Position numbers and translations under genes: made by a program. This document shows, one piece after another, positions 23,669 through 38,064 of a DNA stretch of 64,000 nt. The notes beneath the pieces are model-generated. The model was not told where the DNA came from, made no database searches, and was given only the letters and a program-made list of their open reading frames with translations. Positions within the stretch are counted from its first letter, which is position 1; each line of letters starts with the position of its first letter. The DNA comes from Octopus bimaculoides. Its lineage: Eukaryota. The stretch covers positions 32,235,398 to 32,299,397 of the forward strand of contig NC_068983.1 of the NCBI RefSeq assembly GCF_001194135.2, in the 5' to 3' direction.

Positions 23669-26600
23669 ATGGGCATATGCACTAGTATATCTGTGTGTGT
23701 GTGTATATCTGCATGTGTGTATGTGTATTTTTTTTCCTCCTTCACCAGGGTTATTTGTGCTCTTCCTGATTACTATCTAAATATGAACACTCCATCCAAA
23801 TGTAAAATTTGTATTATAATTTTTCTGTCTGAAGAACTTCTAATTGGAGATCCCTTGCATGTTTCTCTTACGTATAAATCTTTGTAATTCCTATTAGCAA
23901 ATGAAACATGTGTAATAGAGAATAAATAGCACCAAAAAATTTCGAATTTCCAATATGTATATATATGGATATATATCTATGAGTGGGCATCTTTGTTTGT
24001 GTTTGTCTCCCACCACTGCTCGATGCCTGGTGTTGGCTTGAATATGTTCCTGTAACTTAGCTGTTTGACAAAAGAGACTGATAGAATAAGCACAGGCTTC
24101 AAACTAAGTACATGGGTCAATTTGTTCAACTGAAAACTTCAAGACAGTACCTCAGCATGGCGGGAGTCTAATGACTGAAATGCAGTGCATTAAAATGGAT
24201 TTGAAAAAGGGCATCAGTTGCTGAATTATCTGAATTCTTAATGTGGTAAATATCAGTCATATACTGCAATATGTAACTGAGGTGGTATATTTCTCCAGAC
24301 TAGTGGTGATTAAGCTTGAATTTGAAAGCATCAGTAAGTGGTTTAAAGTCAGAGTAAATACAGAAAGCAGAACTTTTCAGTATGCACTGAAAATATTTAA
24401 CACTGTGACAGGCTGCCAACAGTTCTCTTCCAAAAGTACTGTATTTTGTTACAGTCTGTTCAAGATACTTTGAGAAGAAAAAAAGCAGTTGCCATAGACC
24501 ATTAATGCAATGCTAAACAACGTTGCTAATGCTGCTATCCAGCTCAATGACTAATAGATAGAGTGGTATATTGGAATTAGGACAAACCAACAAAGAACGG
24601 CAGAAGAGTATGTATCATCAAGAGTGATGAGCTGGTTCTTACATGTTTTATTACTGAGTTGTGAAGAGTTGAAGAAAGCTCGCACAGTGGGAAATAAAAT
24701 GACAATAAAAACCCACCAGCCTTAGAAACTTCCTCAGTGAAGTAAAAGCAAGAAAATACAAGATAGATTTAACCTTCTTGTTGAGTGAATGAATTATATA
24801 TTTGTCAATGAAATGTCTCAGAAAAGATAAAGAAGCAACTTCAAAAAGGCATTTACTGGGTTAATAAGGATATTATATTGATGATTCAAAAAGAAGTGGA
24901 AATGCTTTTCATGTTCATCATCAGATGTGCTGGCAGCTAACAGATCATAAACATCGGTATAAATGAAAGATAAGCCACAAATTACTGTAGTGAAAAAGTG
25001 TTAGAATGTCTGTGACACTTTTTAAACTGAAAGGCATTTAAAGGATCCCTAAAAGACCGTAAGGGGTAATGATTGCAATTTCATGAATGTCATCCAGTTC
25101 GTCTGTATCTGATTACATGCAAGGACAAGATCAATTGTAGGGAATGTCTTAGCATGATAAAGGAAGAGATGTTCTGTAAGTAGAAGTTTAGGATATTTAT
25201 TGAATTTAGTATGGGTATCATGCATCCATTAGTTGCTAGAGGTTACTAGTCCCCTGCTGTTATTTTAGGAACTATATGAAGGGGTGACAACCAGTTGCTA
25301 TCAGTTGGGTGAATAATGACCAATTACAGTGTATGAATTGTAGCAGGAATATTAACAGTCCCAAATACCAACTAACTATCTAGAAATTTAACTTGAACTC
25401 ACTGTGTTTAGATGTGAAAATAACTAAAAGCACCCAGCACGGTCTTATTAGAGATTGATGATGTCAGCAAACAACTAGTCATTCAGGTCTCTAGTTAACA
25501 CATCAAGAACTTGTTTTTATCAGTTGTTGGGCTGGCCCTCAAAAATGTTGTAAACAACCTAACCATTTTTGTGATAAACAATATATTGTAATGTTATTTA
25601 TGATTTTGTCTTTGACACTTTTCCTTTATTAGGCCATCAGGTATATATAGATGTTTTGCCTGCTTACTTGACTAGTTGTGACACAGCTAAGGTTAACCTA
25701 AGGAACTTCTGCCACCTACTCAGATATGGAATTTGATGACTAAAACCTACTGTCAATGCTGACACACATCTCTCATGGACGTATATGAATTGAATATCTT
25801 TTTACTGTTGTCATTTCAATGACATTTTTTTGTTAATGATCAAATATTGTTCTATTTGGACTTCACACAGATTTTTGTTTTTCTGTCAACTAACAAAATA
25901 TCTTGTTACAGATGGAATTCAGTCATAGCAAACTCAACTCAATCAGGAGCAAGTTGGTTTGAAAAAAGGGAAAAATGGGGTCCATCAATGACAAGGTAGA
26001 TAATAGAATGGGTTACAGCTCCAGTTTTAAAAATGGGGTGAGTGACTTCAGGGTACATGCAAAGATAGTAGTGTCTAGGCTTGACGATGAAAAATTTTGG
26101 AAGATAAGCTGACAGAACATGTCTGCATGCTAACACTGGGTGCAATAAAACTAGCAATAGAATTTACCAGTCTATTGTTTTAACATCCCCTAAAAAAAAA
26201 CAAAATTTAAAAAACCAGTTCTGATAATTTGAATCAAGAATTTGCTGACATCAAGAATCCCTTTGAATACTGGAATAAAGTATACTTAACTCCCTGTAGA
26301 AAGTGAAACCTGGAGAATGGTTTATGGCTTGTAAAAGAATAGGGGTATGTTTCTTGTTACATTACATCTGGGCAGTTGGTAGTATACTAACCTGTTATTC
26401 AGTGTCTAAAAGAAAATAAGCAGCAGTAAATTGATTGGTGATGAAGGAGAGACAGTTAGGCCTATGAGTGATTGATGCAGTCACTGCTGTTAATCCCTGG
26501 CCATGTCCTTTACCTAAAGAGGAAGGGAAACTTATGGAAAAAATCAGAGGTAATTACTCTGGGTATTCTGTTTGAATATGCAATGGTACCAACTTTCAGA

Positions 26601-26871
26601 ATTAGTCAATAGCTTCTGTTGTCTCCTGTTGCCTAATTAGCAATGGAGACATGGAAGCATGCATGCATGTATGTGTGTGTATGTATGTACGTATGTATGT
26701 ATGTACGTATGTATGTATGTATGTATGTATGTATGTATGTATGTATGTATGTCATTGTTCAGTTTTATTTCAAGATTTCTTGCCAATCAAGAAAGAGTTG
26801 GTTTCTAACCTAGATTCAAGGCTCCTTCATTGAAATTTCAACATTGTATGTATGTATGTATGTATGTACAT

Positions 26872-27457
26872 GCAGATTTGTATGCTTTATGTATATATTC
26901 TCAGTTGCATATCTAAACATGCTCAACATCATCATCATCATCATCTTTTAACGTCCGCTTTCCATGCTAGCATGAGTTAGACGATTTGACTGAGGGCTGG
27001 CGAACTAGATGGCTGCACCAGGCTCCAATCTGATCTGACAGAGTTTCTACAGCTGGATGCCCTTCCTAATGCCAACCACTCTGAGAGTGTAGTGGGTGCT
27101 TTTACGTGCCACCGGCATGAGGGCCAGTCAGGCAGTGCTGGCCATTCTCAAATGGTGTTTTTTATGTGCCATCTGCACAGGAGCCAGTCCAGCGGCACTG
27201 GCAATGAAATGAATGTTGTTTTTCACGTGCCAGTAAGGCGACGCTGGTAACGATCATGCTTGAATGGTGCTTTTTACGTGCCACCAGCACGGAAACAGTC
27301 AATGCTCGGATGGTGCTCTTAGTGCTCCACTAGCATGGATACCAGTCATCAAATTTGATTTCAATTTCGACTTCACTTGCTTCAACAGGTCTTCGCAAAT
27401 GATAAACTTCTGGAAAGTTTTACAGATTTTTACAGTTCCAGTGATGGATTGCATCTT
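26872..27457 (-). mobile_element. R4-like LINE extreme 3' end (26872-26926 + 27397-27457) interrupted by an RTE tail
   Basis: QSITGTVKICKTFQKFII and 3' UTR match 52205-52380. Confidence 0.75.
26927..27396 (-). mobile_element. RTE LINE 3' UTR/tail copy
   Basis: (CAT)n tail, TTTAACGTCCGCTTTCCATGCTAGCATG core, internal GTGCCAC-type repeats. Confidence 0.8.
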
Positions 27458-28009
27458 ATGTATGCATGTGTGTGTGTGTGTGTGTGTGTGTATTGATATA
27501 TGTGCATGATTGTGTGTGTTTATGTATGTGTATGTAAGGTTGTGTGTGTGTGTGTGTAATGCTTTTGTATGATAGGCACCAAAGTTGATTGTTTGACCTT
27601 TCATGATTAGTGGTGTCTGTCAATGAATGGTCAACTCTGCTGACATTTGACATCATATATCTGCCTGTTTAATCTTGTTTAAATTAAAACATGTACGTAA
27701 TACATCATCATCATCCTCATCAGTAGCATTTTACATCCATTTATTTTCATGATAGCATGGGATGGATGGAAATAGATCCTTCATAGAGGCCATTTGGCTC
27801 ATCTATTATTTCCTTTCCTTGATTCATCCCACAAATATTGCAATAAACAAATTTATCCTCATTCCTTCCTTCCTTCCTTCTAGAATTACTTGATTTTGCT
27901 ACAAACATTGAGCTACAGAAGTTTCAACTGAATATCACATATATTGCTTTTACCAATCTGGAGGAGCCTGCAAAGTTTATGTGCACTGCCCCTCCACCAC
28001 TACTTAACT

Positions 28010-28041
28010 ACTGCTGCTGCTGCTGCTGCTACTGCTACTAT

Positions 28042-28094
<53 letters not shown>

Positions 28095-28095
28095 G
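28010..28095. repeat. (CTG/CTA)n trinucleotide repeat
   Basis: Direct inspection. Confidence 0.9.
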
Positions 28096-28457
28096 AGTTT
28101 GTGACACCTAGAAACCAACTAAACTTCAGGTTTTTTACAAGTTTATCTTCTAGGAGGAAGTTTGAATGAGAATAAGGGTCCTTCATTCCCTAATTAACCC
28201 ATTGCTTGAACCCCAGGTTAGAGAAGACCTGGGAACAATAGTGATTCCACATTCCTCAACACCTTGGCACCATCGTACCAGAGTTACACTACTGGATGCA
28301 ACTTAAAGTCATACCCAGGACTACATACATACATACACATGCACATAATGCACACATACATACATACATACATACATACACACACACATACATACACACA
28401 GACACATACATACATGCATAAACACATGCGCACATACATGCATGCGTGTGTATATAT

Positions 28458-28492
<35 letters not shown>

Positions 28493-29639
28493 ATACAGAA
28501 ATATAATTATTTCTGTATCTTACAATACATCTCAACGCTTCTAAAAAAAACAANNNNNNNNNNNNNNNNNNNNNNNNNNNNNNNNNNNNNNNNNNNNNNN
28601 NNNNNNNNNNNNNNNNNNNNNNNNNNNNNNNNNNNNNNNNNNNNNNNNNNNNNNNNNNNNNNNNNNNNNNNNNNNNATATATATATATATATATATATAA
28701 ATATATATACATATACATACATAAGCACATACGTATATACATGCAAGCATACACATGCATACATATATGATGTGAACAAAATAAGTTAAATAAGATTAAT
28801 AAGATAATGAAAAAAAGGTGAGAAACAATACAATATCATATGGGATGTGAGTGGATAACACAAATGGTACTGGAAGGGTAAGTTAGCAATCAACTGTGAG
28901 ATTTTCTGTGATTGAGAGATGTTAACTAAAATATTAATGAAATGGGTAAATGGATGATGGAGTAATTCAATAATGAAATAAATAGATTAAGTAAATAGAT
29001 AGGTGTCAGAGTAAATAGTAAGTAATATACTTAAATAATTGGTTAGAGATTAAGCAAGATAATGTATAGAGAACACGAACACACAATAAAGTAGGGGCAT
29101 AAGATAAGGTAACATGTTTTAAAGAAGAGATAATTAGTGAGTAGTCATTAGTGGATATTATTAGTGAATATTAGTGGGTAATAAGGGATAAGAGATAAAA
29201 AGCAGACAGAATGTTATATGATGCAAAATTAAGTTTGAAGGTTTAATCAAGAAGTCAAGTTTTCATTGCAAATGTGCTGTGACAATATCTGTGCCATGAC
29301 TTAAATAAAATCTGTTAAAAAGGCTTAACAGTTTGGGTATTAACCCTTTGAGCCTTGACCTCCTGAATCTTATTTGACCATATATCTGGCTTCCTGATGC
29401 ACTCCACTGGTAGAGCGGTACTACAGTATAGAGAGAAATAAGCCATCCCCTGGTAAACCGGTGTTATGAACTCAAAGGGTCAAGTGTCTGCACATTTGTA
29501 ATATTCAAGCCAATCCCGGCTAATCATTGAGTATGCAAGCCTATGAAATTTATGTTTGAGTATAAGTTTTTGTTGGAATATTATGTATGTAGCCAAAAAT
29601 TCAGCTATAAGCCTCATTGATTTAAGTTCTTTGGCTTGG

Positions 29640-30900
29640 CTTCGCTGACAAAGATTAGGAAGGTTGTCATCCACATCGTCTGCATGCTCATTTGTAGCTG
29701 ATAAGGCTGATGTGGGATTGACATATCCAATTGCAGTGATGACAAGGGTATGGTTGTTCAAGGTCTGATGATGCAGCTGCATTGTTTTTTCACCTCTGAC
29801 ATTTGTCTTCAAGAGAAGCACTGTGAGAAATCTCAGAAGAGGAAACGATATCGCTGATGATATGGCACCAAGCAACGCAATCAACTGTTAGAGTGGACCA
29901 CTCATGATAATCAATGTCACAAACACTGCTTCAGGTAGTCCTTGTAATGCTTCCTTGATGTCCCCCCACCCTGTTGTGGTGGTGAGTTCACTGTACATGA
30001 TGATCTTGGGTAGGCGGTGTTCTTACATCCTGTCAATGTGCCCTGCCCAATGCAGTCATGTCTTAAGTAAAATGGCTTCCAGGCTGGTGACCTTTCCTTG
30101 CTTGATGACCTTAGAGTTTGTGATGTAGTTGCTCCAGTAAATGTTGAGGGTGGTATGGAGGCAGTGTTGGTGATAATGTTTGAGGAATCTGAAATGATAG
30201 CAGTAGGGGACCCAGGACTCAGAGCCATATAGGAGTGTTGTGAGAATGGTGGCCCTGTCAATGCTAGCTTTTGGTTTAGGATCTGCCACAAATCTTTTCT
30301 GCTCTCAGTGTCGAACGCTTTTGTCAGATTGACAAATGTTGCATAGAGTGCTTTTCTTGGAAATGCCTGAGAATGAAAACCATATCTGTTGTGCCCCTAT
30401 TGGCTCTGAAACCACACTGGCTTTCTGGGAGATGGTTTTGGCGATGGATAGAACAAGTCTGTTGAGGGGTAATCTTGCTAGAACTTTTCCTGCAGTGGAA
30501 AAACAGGGTGATCCCCAGGTAGTTTGAGCAATCTAACTTTTCCCCTTTGTTTTTGTACAATGTAATGATGACAGCATCACAGAGATCTCACGGCAACTTG
30601 CCCTATTCCCAGCATGCAACGAGGAGCTTGTGGCATTTAGCATGTAGGACAGAACCTCCATGTTTCCATATCTCTTGTGGTGTGTCATCGACTCCTGTTG
30701 TCATTCTATTCTTCAGCTAGCCTATGGCAACTGTGGTCTCTTCCAAGGCTGGAGGCTCATCTGGTTCCACTCTGACTGGATGCTGCTGGATGTGGAGTAT
30801 TGCGTTTTCCTGGACAACTTAGTTTGCACTGAAAGAGACCTCTGAGGTCTTCTGCAAACTGGTCAGCCAAGCGGCGTCCTGTTTGCCCGATGTATAGAGA
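29640..30900 (-). mobile_element. degenerate RTE (BovB-type) LINE with internal deletions
   Basis: NYLGITL, LPESQCGFRANRGTTDMVF, LLYGSESW, RKHYKDYLK, terminal PCHHCNWICQSHISL zinc-finger motif. Confidence 0.82.
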
Positions 30901-31006
30901 AGGGAAGAGAGAGCAGGTGATGCAGTAGATGACATTAGTAGAAGTGCAGGTGGAGGAGTCGGTGATGTGATAGGGTCGATGATGGGTGCCGGTGAGGAGA
31001 GAGAGA

Positions 31007-31043
<37 letters not shown>

Positions 31044-31140
31044 GACCTCTGCAGGATTTGAACTCAGAAAGTAAAGAGCCAGAATGAGTACCATAAAAAG
31101 TATTCTTACTGAGTTTTAATGATTTTTACCAATTGTTTAA

Positions 31141-31222
<82 letters not shown>

Positions 31223-34200
31223 CACCTCATTCTATTTGTTCATGATTGGTTCACAAACAAGATATGTGCTGTCATATAAACACACTCAGTCATATATACA
31301 TACACAAACACACATTCCCACATACTCACTACACATACCACATACACAAATATACACACTACAACTGACACTCATTGTTGATTCTTAGTTTTATCATGTA
31401 AATGTGTGTTCTCAAAATGATTAATCCCTTGACTACTAATCTGATTTTAGCTATGTTACCCATTTGTTATTTGATTTCTTAAGACATACTGTTTGATACA
31501 AATGGAATGTTGTTTAACAGATTGGTTCGCAGAGACAGGGTGACTAATGAAGAAATGGTGTTCAAATAAAGTATATTTGGTAAGCCAGTCTACCAGAATA
31601 CATCCCTATTGCAGTTCCACCCAAACCGGAAAAAATAATAAAAACATATCAACTTATCAACGCTCCTGCTGCTTAGATCAATGTGTTGTTTACATATTTG
31701 GATGATACCTGTAGCAATAAATTACTCAGAGATGCCATCTGCATAGAAAACAATATTTAAGTTAGTGTTGACAAGCTTAATGCAGTAAGCATAAAAAGCA
31801 AACTAAAAATAATCATATGGTGAGATAAAGGCAATATTAATCAGTAGCTAATACTATTTAAAAAATTTCAGTAAGGAAGAGAACTGCAAACATGTTTCAG
31901 TTTTATGAGATCTCCTTAGTAAAGCACAGACTTCATCACATTTGCTGAAGTAGGGGTTTGAATCACAAATTCTAATTTTTCTACATCAACCAATGAACTA
32001 TATTGTTCATTGATTGATGTAGAAAATTAGAATTTTTAGCAAATAAATTAACCAAAGGAATTAGTATAAACTTAATATTGTCTTTTTATGAGGATAAACT
32101 TTCTGCATGTTTTAATCTCTAACAATTTCTTATTCCTTCAGCCAACCACTGTATAGTATTGTACATTTACTTCTTTCAATACTTCTTCAATAAGTACAGT
32201 CAAATTTATGTTTCACTGAGGAAATTTAGTAAAACTGAAACATGTAAGGAGTTGTCACTTTTACTTGCCAAAATAAAATAATATTAGTCGTTATCAAATA
32301 TTGAGTTTTTCTCACTTCACAGGTTTGGTGACAGGAAAGACATCTAATGTCAAAATAGGAACTATGATAAGCACAGTTAGATTGTCATGGAACCTGCAAA
32401 ACTAACACCAACTTTAGTAAGGAAAATAGTCTTAAAAAGTTTATTGTGTTGTTTGTTCACACATATTTCTAGTTAACTTTTTAATGCTCATTACATAAAT
32501 ATCTTAACACTAACTTAACTATACCAGAGTATGTCAAGTTATAGTCACTGTATAGTGCCAGTGATGGTACAAATTGCTGATTCTGTGGCTGGTAGTTAAG
32601 AACAGAAGATCAGAGGAATTTCATTGAGTTTTCAGATCATTTGTGAATATTACTGAAAATAGACAAGCAACTTATCCAGGGAGAGATTTATTTTGTATCT
32701 ACACAACACCAAAGAATGTTGGAACTCACCTTTGGAGATCTTTTTCTTAACTGACATTTGGTTAAGGTGCTTGGCTCATGATCATAGGTTCAATTCATAG
32801 ACTAGGTGTTGTTTTGTGTCCTTCAGTAAAACACTTGATTTCTTGTCACTCCTGTCTACTCAGCAGTAATGAATACAAATTCTATTCCTCAGTGGTTACA
32901 TCCTGGATGTTTTCCTGAATCAAGGGTATGGGTGGGGTGGTGTGGTAGGGACAAGTGATGTCTATGTCTGCACACAACTACACAGTCACCTAAAACAGTT
33001 AGTGAAAGCATGGTACATAATACCAAGCCATACTCACTTGTAGATGCTGGCTGTATTATACTTCCAAACTGGTGTATCTGTATAACATGTACACTTTTGA
33101 GCCAATGAAAAAAACCTTTACATGGTCACTCGAATTGCTAGAAATAGCAGCTAAATCTTCTTCCAATTATACTCATCACTTTTAGAAAAGAACACACTGG
33201 ATAATGTAGAAAAATACTGAGAAATATACTGCATAGCTATGACTGGAATGTCTTTGATTAGTCCCAGGTCTGTTCAATCAGGACTCGCTAGAGGCTAATA
33301 ATAATATGCATGTCTTGCCTTTTGATTGCTAATTTCTCATTTAAGTCCTATAGACAATTGCATTGCCAGTCAAACTGATGGGTTTCCCAGACCAAGATTC
33401 ATAAAAGTGTAATTTGTTCTGTGAAGTGGGAAGAAATCCAAAGTATTTCCATGCTTCACATTTCATTTCCTACTACCATCCTGCTTTCTAATGATGGTGG
33501 CATTTTTGCTCCATTCAAGACTTCAGGATTCCACTGTAACTCTGGTAATGTGGTTAATGGGTGCTATACCTTGCCAAAGGGCAACCAGTGATTTTGTTTG
33601 GGATTGCTTATTGAGCATTTGTAGCTAATCTATATATCTACAGGCCATTCCCTTATCCACAAACTGGGGACCTAATGGATGGGAGTTTCCATCATGACAC
33701 CATGTATTCTTGGCTTAAACTTTTAAAGTTATTTAATTCTGTATTAGTATTGAAACTAAATTTAAATATGAAAAAATTCTGATTTTTTTCTATTCTAAAT
33801 CAATATATGAAAAGGACATTGTATTTGTGATGGACAGAAATGGCTGAACCCTCTATGTTTCTAACGTAAGTCCCACATATAAGGCTCTTTGAACAACAGT
33901 GAAACCTTCTTATTTTCATGCAGTTGTGGGTAGAAGGAAAATATCTGAGTGGATAAAGATTTGATGGATTCAAATGAACATCAGGAATATATGTTTTTTT
34001 CTGAGAGTGAGTTATGCTGCCTGTTTTATGGGATTTTCCCTCAACTGGAATGTACTGCTGATAGTATTTTCTTCAATGAGCTTGTGATATTTCTGAGCTA
34101 TGCCTGGGATTGAACCTGAGAAGTTTTTTATCAAGTGAATATGGCTTTTTAGGATCTATCCTAATCCTAACTCAGCAACATAATTAAAGTTGATGTGAGA

Positions 34201-36329
34201 GAATAACTAATTGGAACATTGTCTCAACAACATATTTGAAATGAATAAATAGCTAAAAAAAATCCGACACCAACAGCAAGCACAAGGTCCACTTTGATAG
34301 AGAAGACCTATGATCGAAAGTGTCCCATCTGTCACCTTTTATCAGACATAGTGTATCTAGGACTACATTATCTAATGTGTCATTGTTTTAAAGACAACTG
34401 AGTGTGGTTTGTAGCAGGTCAAATGATTGCATAGAGGCCCTTGTCTTAGCTCACAGACATATTGTCATCTATTTAAGCAGTGCACTTAATTCCTTATACT
34501 TGAAAATTTCTAGTTGCCAGGAATAGTTAGTAAGGCATCTGACAATGTTACTGGAGATAAACTGGGTATCCTAGTAGAAGTGGAAGTTGATTTCATACCT
34601 ATTCAACACTGTGAAACTAGGATTAAAAAAAGTGTATTTAGGGAAATAGCTACTCAACAGGTTCCATCCTTACCAAATTTAATGCTTAATGGTGGAAAGA
34701 GTTGTCAGGAGCTGAGTGGATGAATTGTGAGACTATCACATGACCAGCTAAATTAGTGATTTCCAAAGTGGGTGCTGTTATCACCTTGTAGGTGCTGGAA
34801 GGTAAGGATGTGGAAAGGGGCATAAGAAAGCAAGGCAAGGAGTTTAGGGGCAAAAAATGCAAATAAGTTGTTTCTCATAAAACTATCACCTGTATTAAAT
34901 AACTCAATGAAAGGGCAAGCCTCTTTAATGGATAATATAAAAATGAATGATAGTAGACTTATCTGTAAAAATCTTTTGTAACCATGGTAGAACTAAAGAA
35001 GAAATGTTGACAGTGCAGAATACTAAATAGTAGACATATGGCTTTATTCTGTCACCTAAAACCAAACTTAATATGCTGTGTCCATGGCCAATATACTTGA
35101 CTCCTTTTAGTTCAGTTCACCTAGCATTGATTTTGTGGTAGATATGTTCACTTAAAGCAGAAGCAGCACAATAAAAATGATGAATGTCTCATTCATTTAT
35201 TTTGTAAGTATGTCACTCACATTTTTATTTCAGAAGAAGTAGGATTAGTTACTGGTCCAGCAACCTTTACTCTTACAACACAAATGTATGAATAAATACA
35301 TTTGGAGTATGAATAGATAAACAAAAATGAGCCAAGCGATATATTCTCAGAGGAGCTAGTGGCATTGACAAATACGGGTATATCAAGTACCATATAACAT
35401 AAATCCTTGATTTATTAGAATTATATCTGCCTTCAGAGGATGTGTCATAATTACCAAATGGCAGTTGCAACCAGCTCCATATGAAAAAGGGAGATAATCT
35501 CAAGAATTAAGAATTTCTCTGAAGCTGATATGCTATCACGGAAGAGGACAGGCTTGTTGTCTGGAGATAAGAGAAATGCTATAAAGATATATGTTTCTGT
35601 AGAGGTCACCAACACAGCAATTGTCCAGCTTTATCTCCAGAAGCCAAGAGACTGAGTCTTACATAAAAAGAGTAGAACACATGACTGGGGTATTTGCATA
35701 AATTAAACAAAAGTGAGCTAAGAGAAATGAAAATGCATTAAGCTGTATGTTTCTTCACACATTTAGTAGATAAATGATGAGGAAACTCAGGGCCAATAAG
35801 AAATGTGGTTCAGCTGGTAAATTGGCCTGGGGTTTGGATCAGGAGTACTCAGGGACAAGAATAACAATGACACAAAAACTAAAATTAATGATTACAACCG
35901 CATGACTGTTGTTACAATTGACTATTTTATTGAATATACTTCCACAATACTAACCTCTTCCTTTCAGCTAAAAAGAACTGTACAGTGTACTACAAAGAGA
36001 GGTACTGTAGAGAGGTTCTGTACTATAGGTACCAAACATACTGTATACCTAACAATTGCTGAAATCAAGTCCTCCAGAGGGCGATGTCCATCTAGAGAGG
36101 GAGAAGTATTGCCATTAAAAGCAGCAACAGCAGCAGCAGTAGTAGTAACTATAACTGCTGTGGCAGCAGCAGCAGCAGCAGTGACAGCAGCAGCAGCTGA
36201 AGCATCTTTTACCTAATTACTTAATCTAATCAATGTAGCAGTTGAATTTTTTCAACAAATTGTCTTCTAATCTCAGGCTATTATGATACTAAAAAAATAC
36301 AAAATAACTCTAGAGTATCCATGGTCCCT

Positions 36330-36745
36330 CATAAAAAATACCCATACTGGTGCCATGAACAAAGCACTCGTGCTGGTTCTATCTACAAAGTACCCATGCT
36401 GGAGGTACGTTAAAAGCATCCATGCTGGTGCCACATTAAAGCCACCAGTGCTGGTACCATGTAAAAAGCATCTGTGCTGGTACCACGTAAAAAAAGTGCC
36501 AGTGCTGGTGCCATATTAAAAGTGGCAATGTTGGTGCCATGTATAAAGCACTGGTGCTGATGCCATGTAAAACACACTCAATACACTTTGTAAAGTGGTT
36601 GGCATTAGGAAGGGCATCCAGCTGTAGAAACTATGGCAAAACAGGCAATTGAAGCCTTGTGCAACTCTCTAGCTTGCCAGCTCATGTCAAACCAACCAAC
36701 CCATGCCAGCATGGAAAACACACATTAGATGATAATGACGATGAT
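36330..36745 (+). mobile_element. RTE 3' UTR copy with tandem ~25-bp GTGCTGGTGCCA(C/T)GTAAAAAGCA units
   Basis: Ends in ...CATGCCAGCATGGAAA...GATGATG; homologous to other tail copies. Confidence 0.72.
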
Positions 36746-37104
36746 GTTACAACAGGGTAATTAAAACCGACAAAAAACAAAACAGAATAATTCACTGGGT
36801 AACCACAGCACACAATAGACACAGGATAACCACAGGGTAACTATGACCCACCATAAATATACAATAACCTCAGGATAATTATGACTGTCAATATATAATA
36901 TCACGTAGTAACTTGGACCCATAGTAAACATAGTAAATGCACAGTAGAAATATATAACCATAGGATATGAGCTGTAACGAATATATAGCAACTAGTGAGT
37001 AACTATGACCCCATCACAATAAGCATATAATAAGCACTGAGTAACTGTGTCACACAGTCTTTGCTTTGCAACTATGAAGACTAGTTTCTCAGCTATTGAG
37101 ATAA

Positions 37105-37140
<36 letters not shown>

Positions 37141-37150
37141 NNNNNNNNNN

Positions 37151-37203
<53 letters not shown>

Positions 37204-38064
37204 TAGCAATGCTGGTACACAGAAGCCAACAAACAAAAATTAAATCCAAGCTATATTTCATTAATTGTATAAGAAAATAAAACAGTAAAATAAGTATAAA
37301 AATAAAAATAATAAATAAGGATAAGACACCTCTTGCCCCAAACACAAAAAAAAGAAAGAAAAATGGAGAAACAGAACTGAAAAAAAAAAAAGAAATAAGA
37401 AAAGAAAATCTAGTTCAGGCTTGTTGGAATGGTTTGTGAGAAAATATCAAGTTGTTGACATTCACAAACAATGGAGTGGAAAGTCTCATATATTCATATA
37501 TAAAGTATCAATCTTCTATACACAATACATTCCAGAGTTGTTGATAACTGTCCTGGCTGTTAACTGAATCAATAAAATGATGAAATATAATAGCAGAATA
37601 GATGATACACTAGGTTTAGTCTTAATTCTTTTTAGTAGCTTTAAGTCTTTGGGTTATGGCAGCCATGGCGGGGCATTTATTGCTGGGTGAAAAATTATAA
37701 ATAAGAATAGAACAACTTTTTAAAATAGGGTTGAAATATTGATGTTCACAGGGAGTTGTGAGGTTTATTTAAGGTTGCGGCAGACCAGGGAAGACCTGGT
37801 GGGGAATGACAAGTATGAAGGTCAGAAATGAAACTGTTATGCTCCCAAAATGATGCACAGATTGCAACAAATTTAGAGGAGGTTAGCTGTGCTGTAAACC
37901 ATCCAACTCATGTACTGGGGTTGGTTTAATTGATTTCCACTCCTGCAATATTTGTGGCCTGTGCCTTAATTGTGTTGGGGATACACACACACACACATGC
38001 ATACGCGTGAACACACACACACACAGAAGCACACCACCACTGTTGCCACCATTGTCCTCCTCCT

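Noticed and set aside
29480-29884. 134-aa ORF as a host gene
   Set aside because: Alternative frame over the RTE C-terminus
36340-36580. Tandem ~25-bp units as a CRISPR-like array
   Set aside because: Degenerate direct repeats without unique spacers, part of the RTE 3' UTR, in a eukaryotic genome
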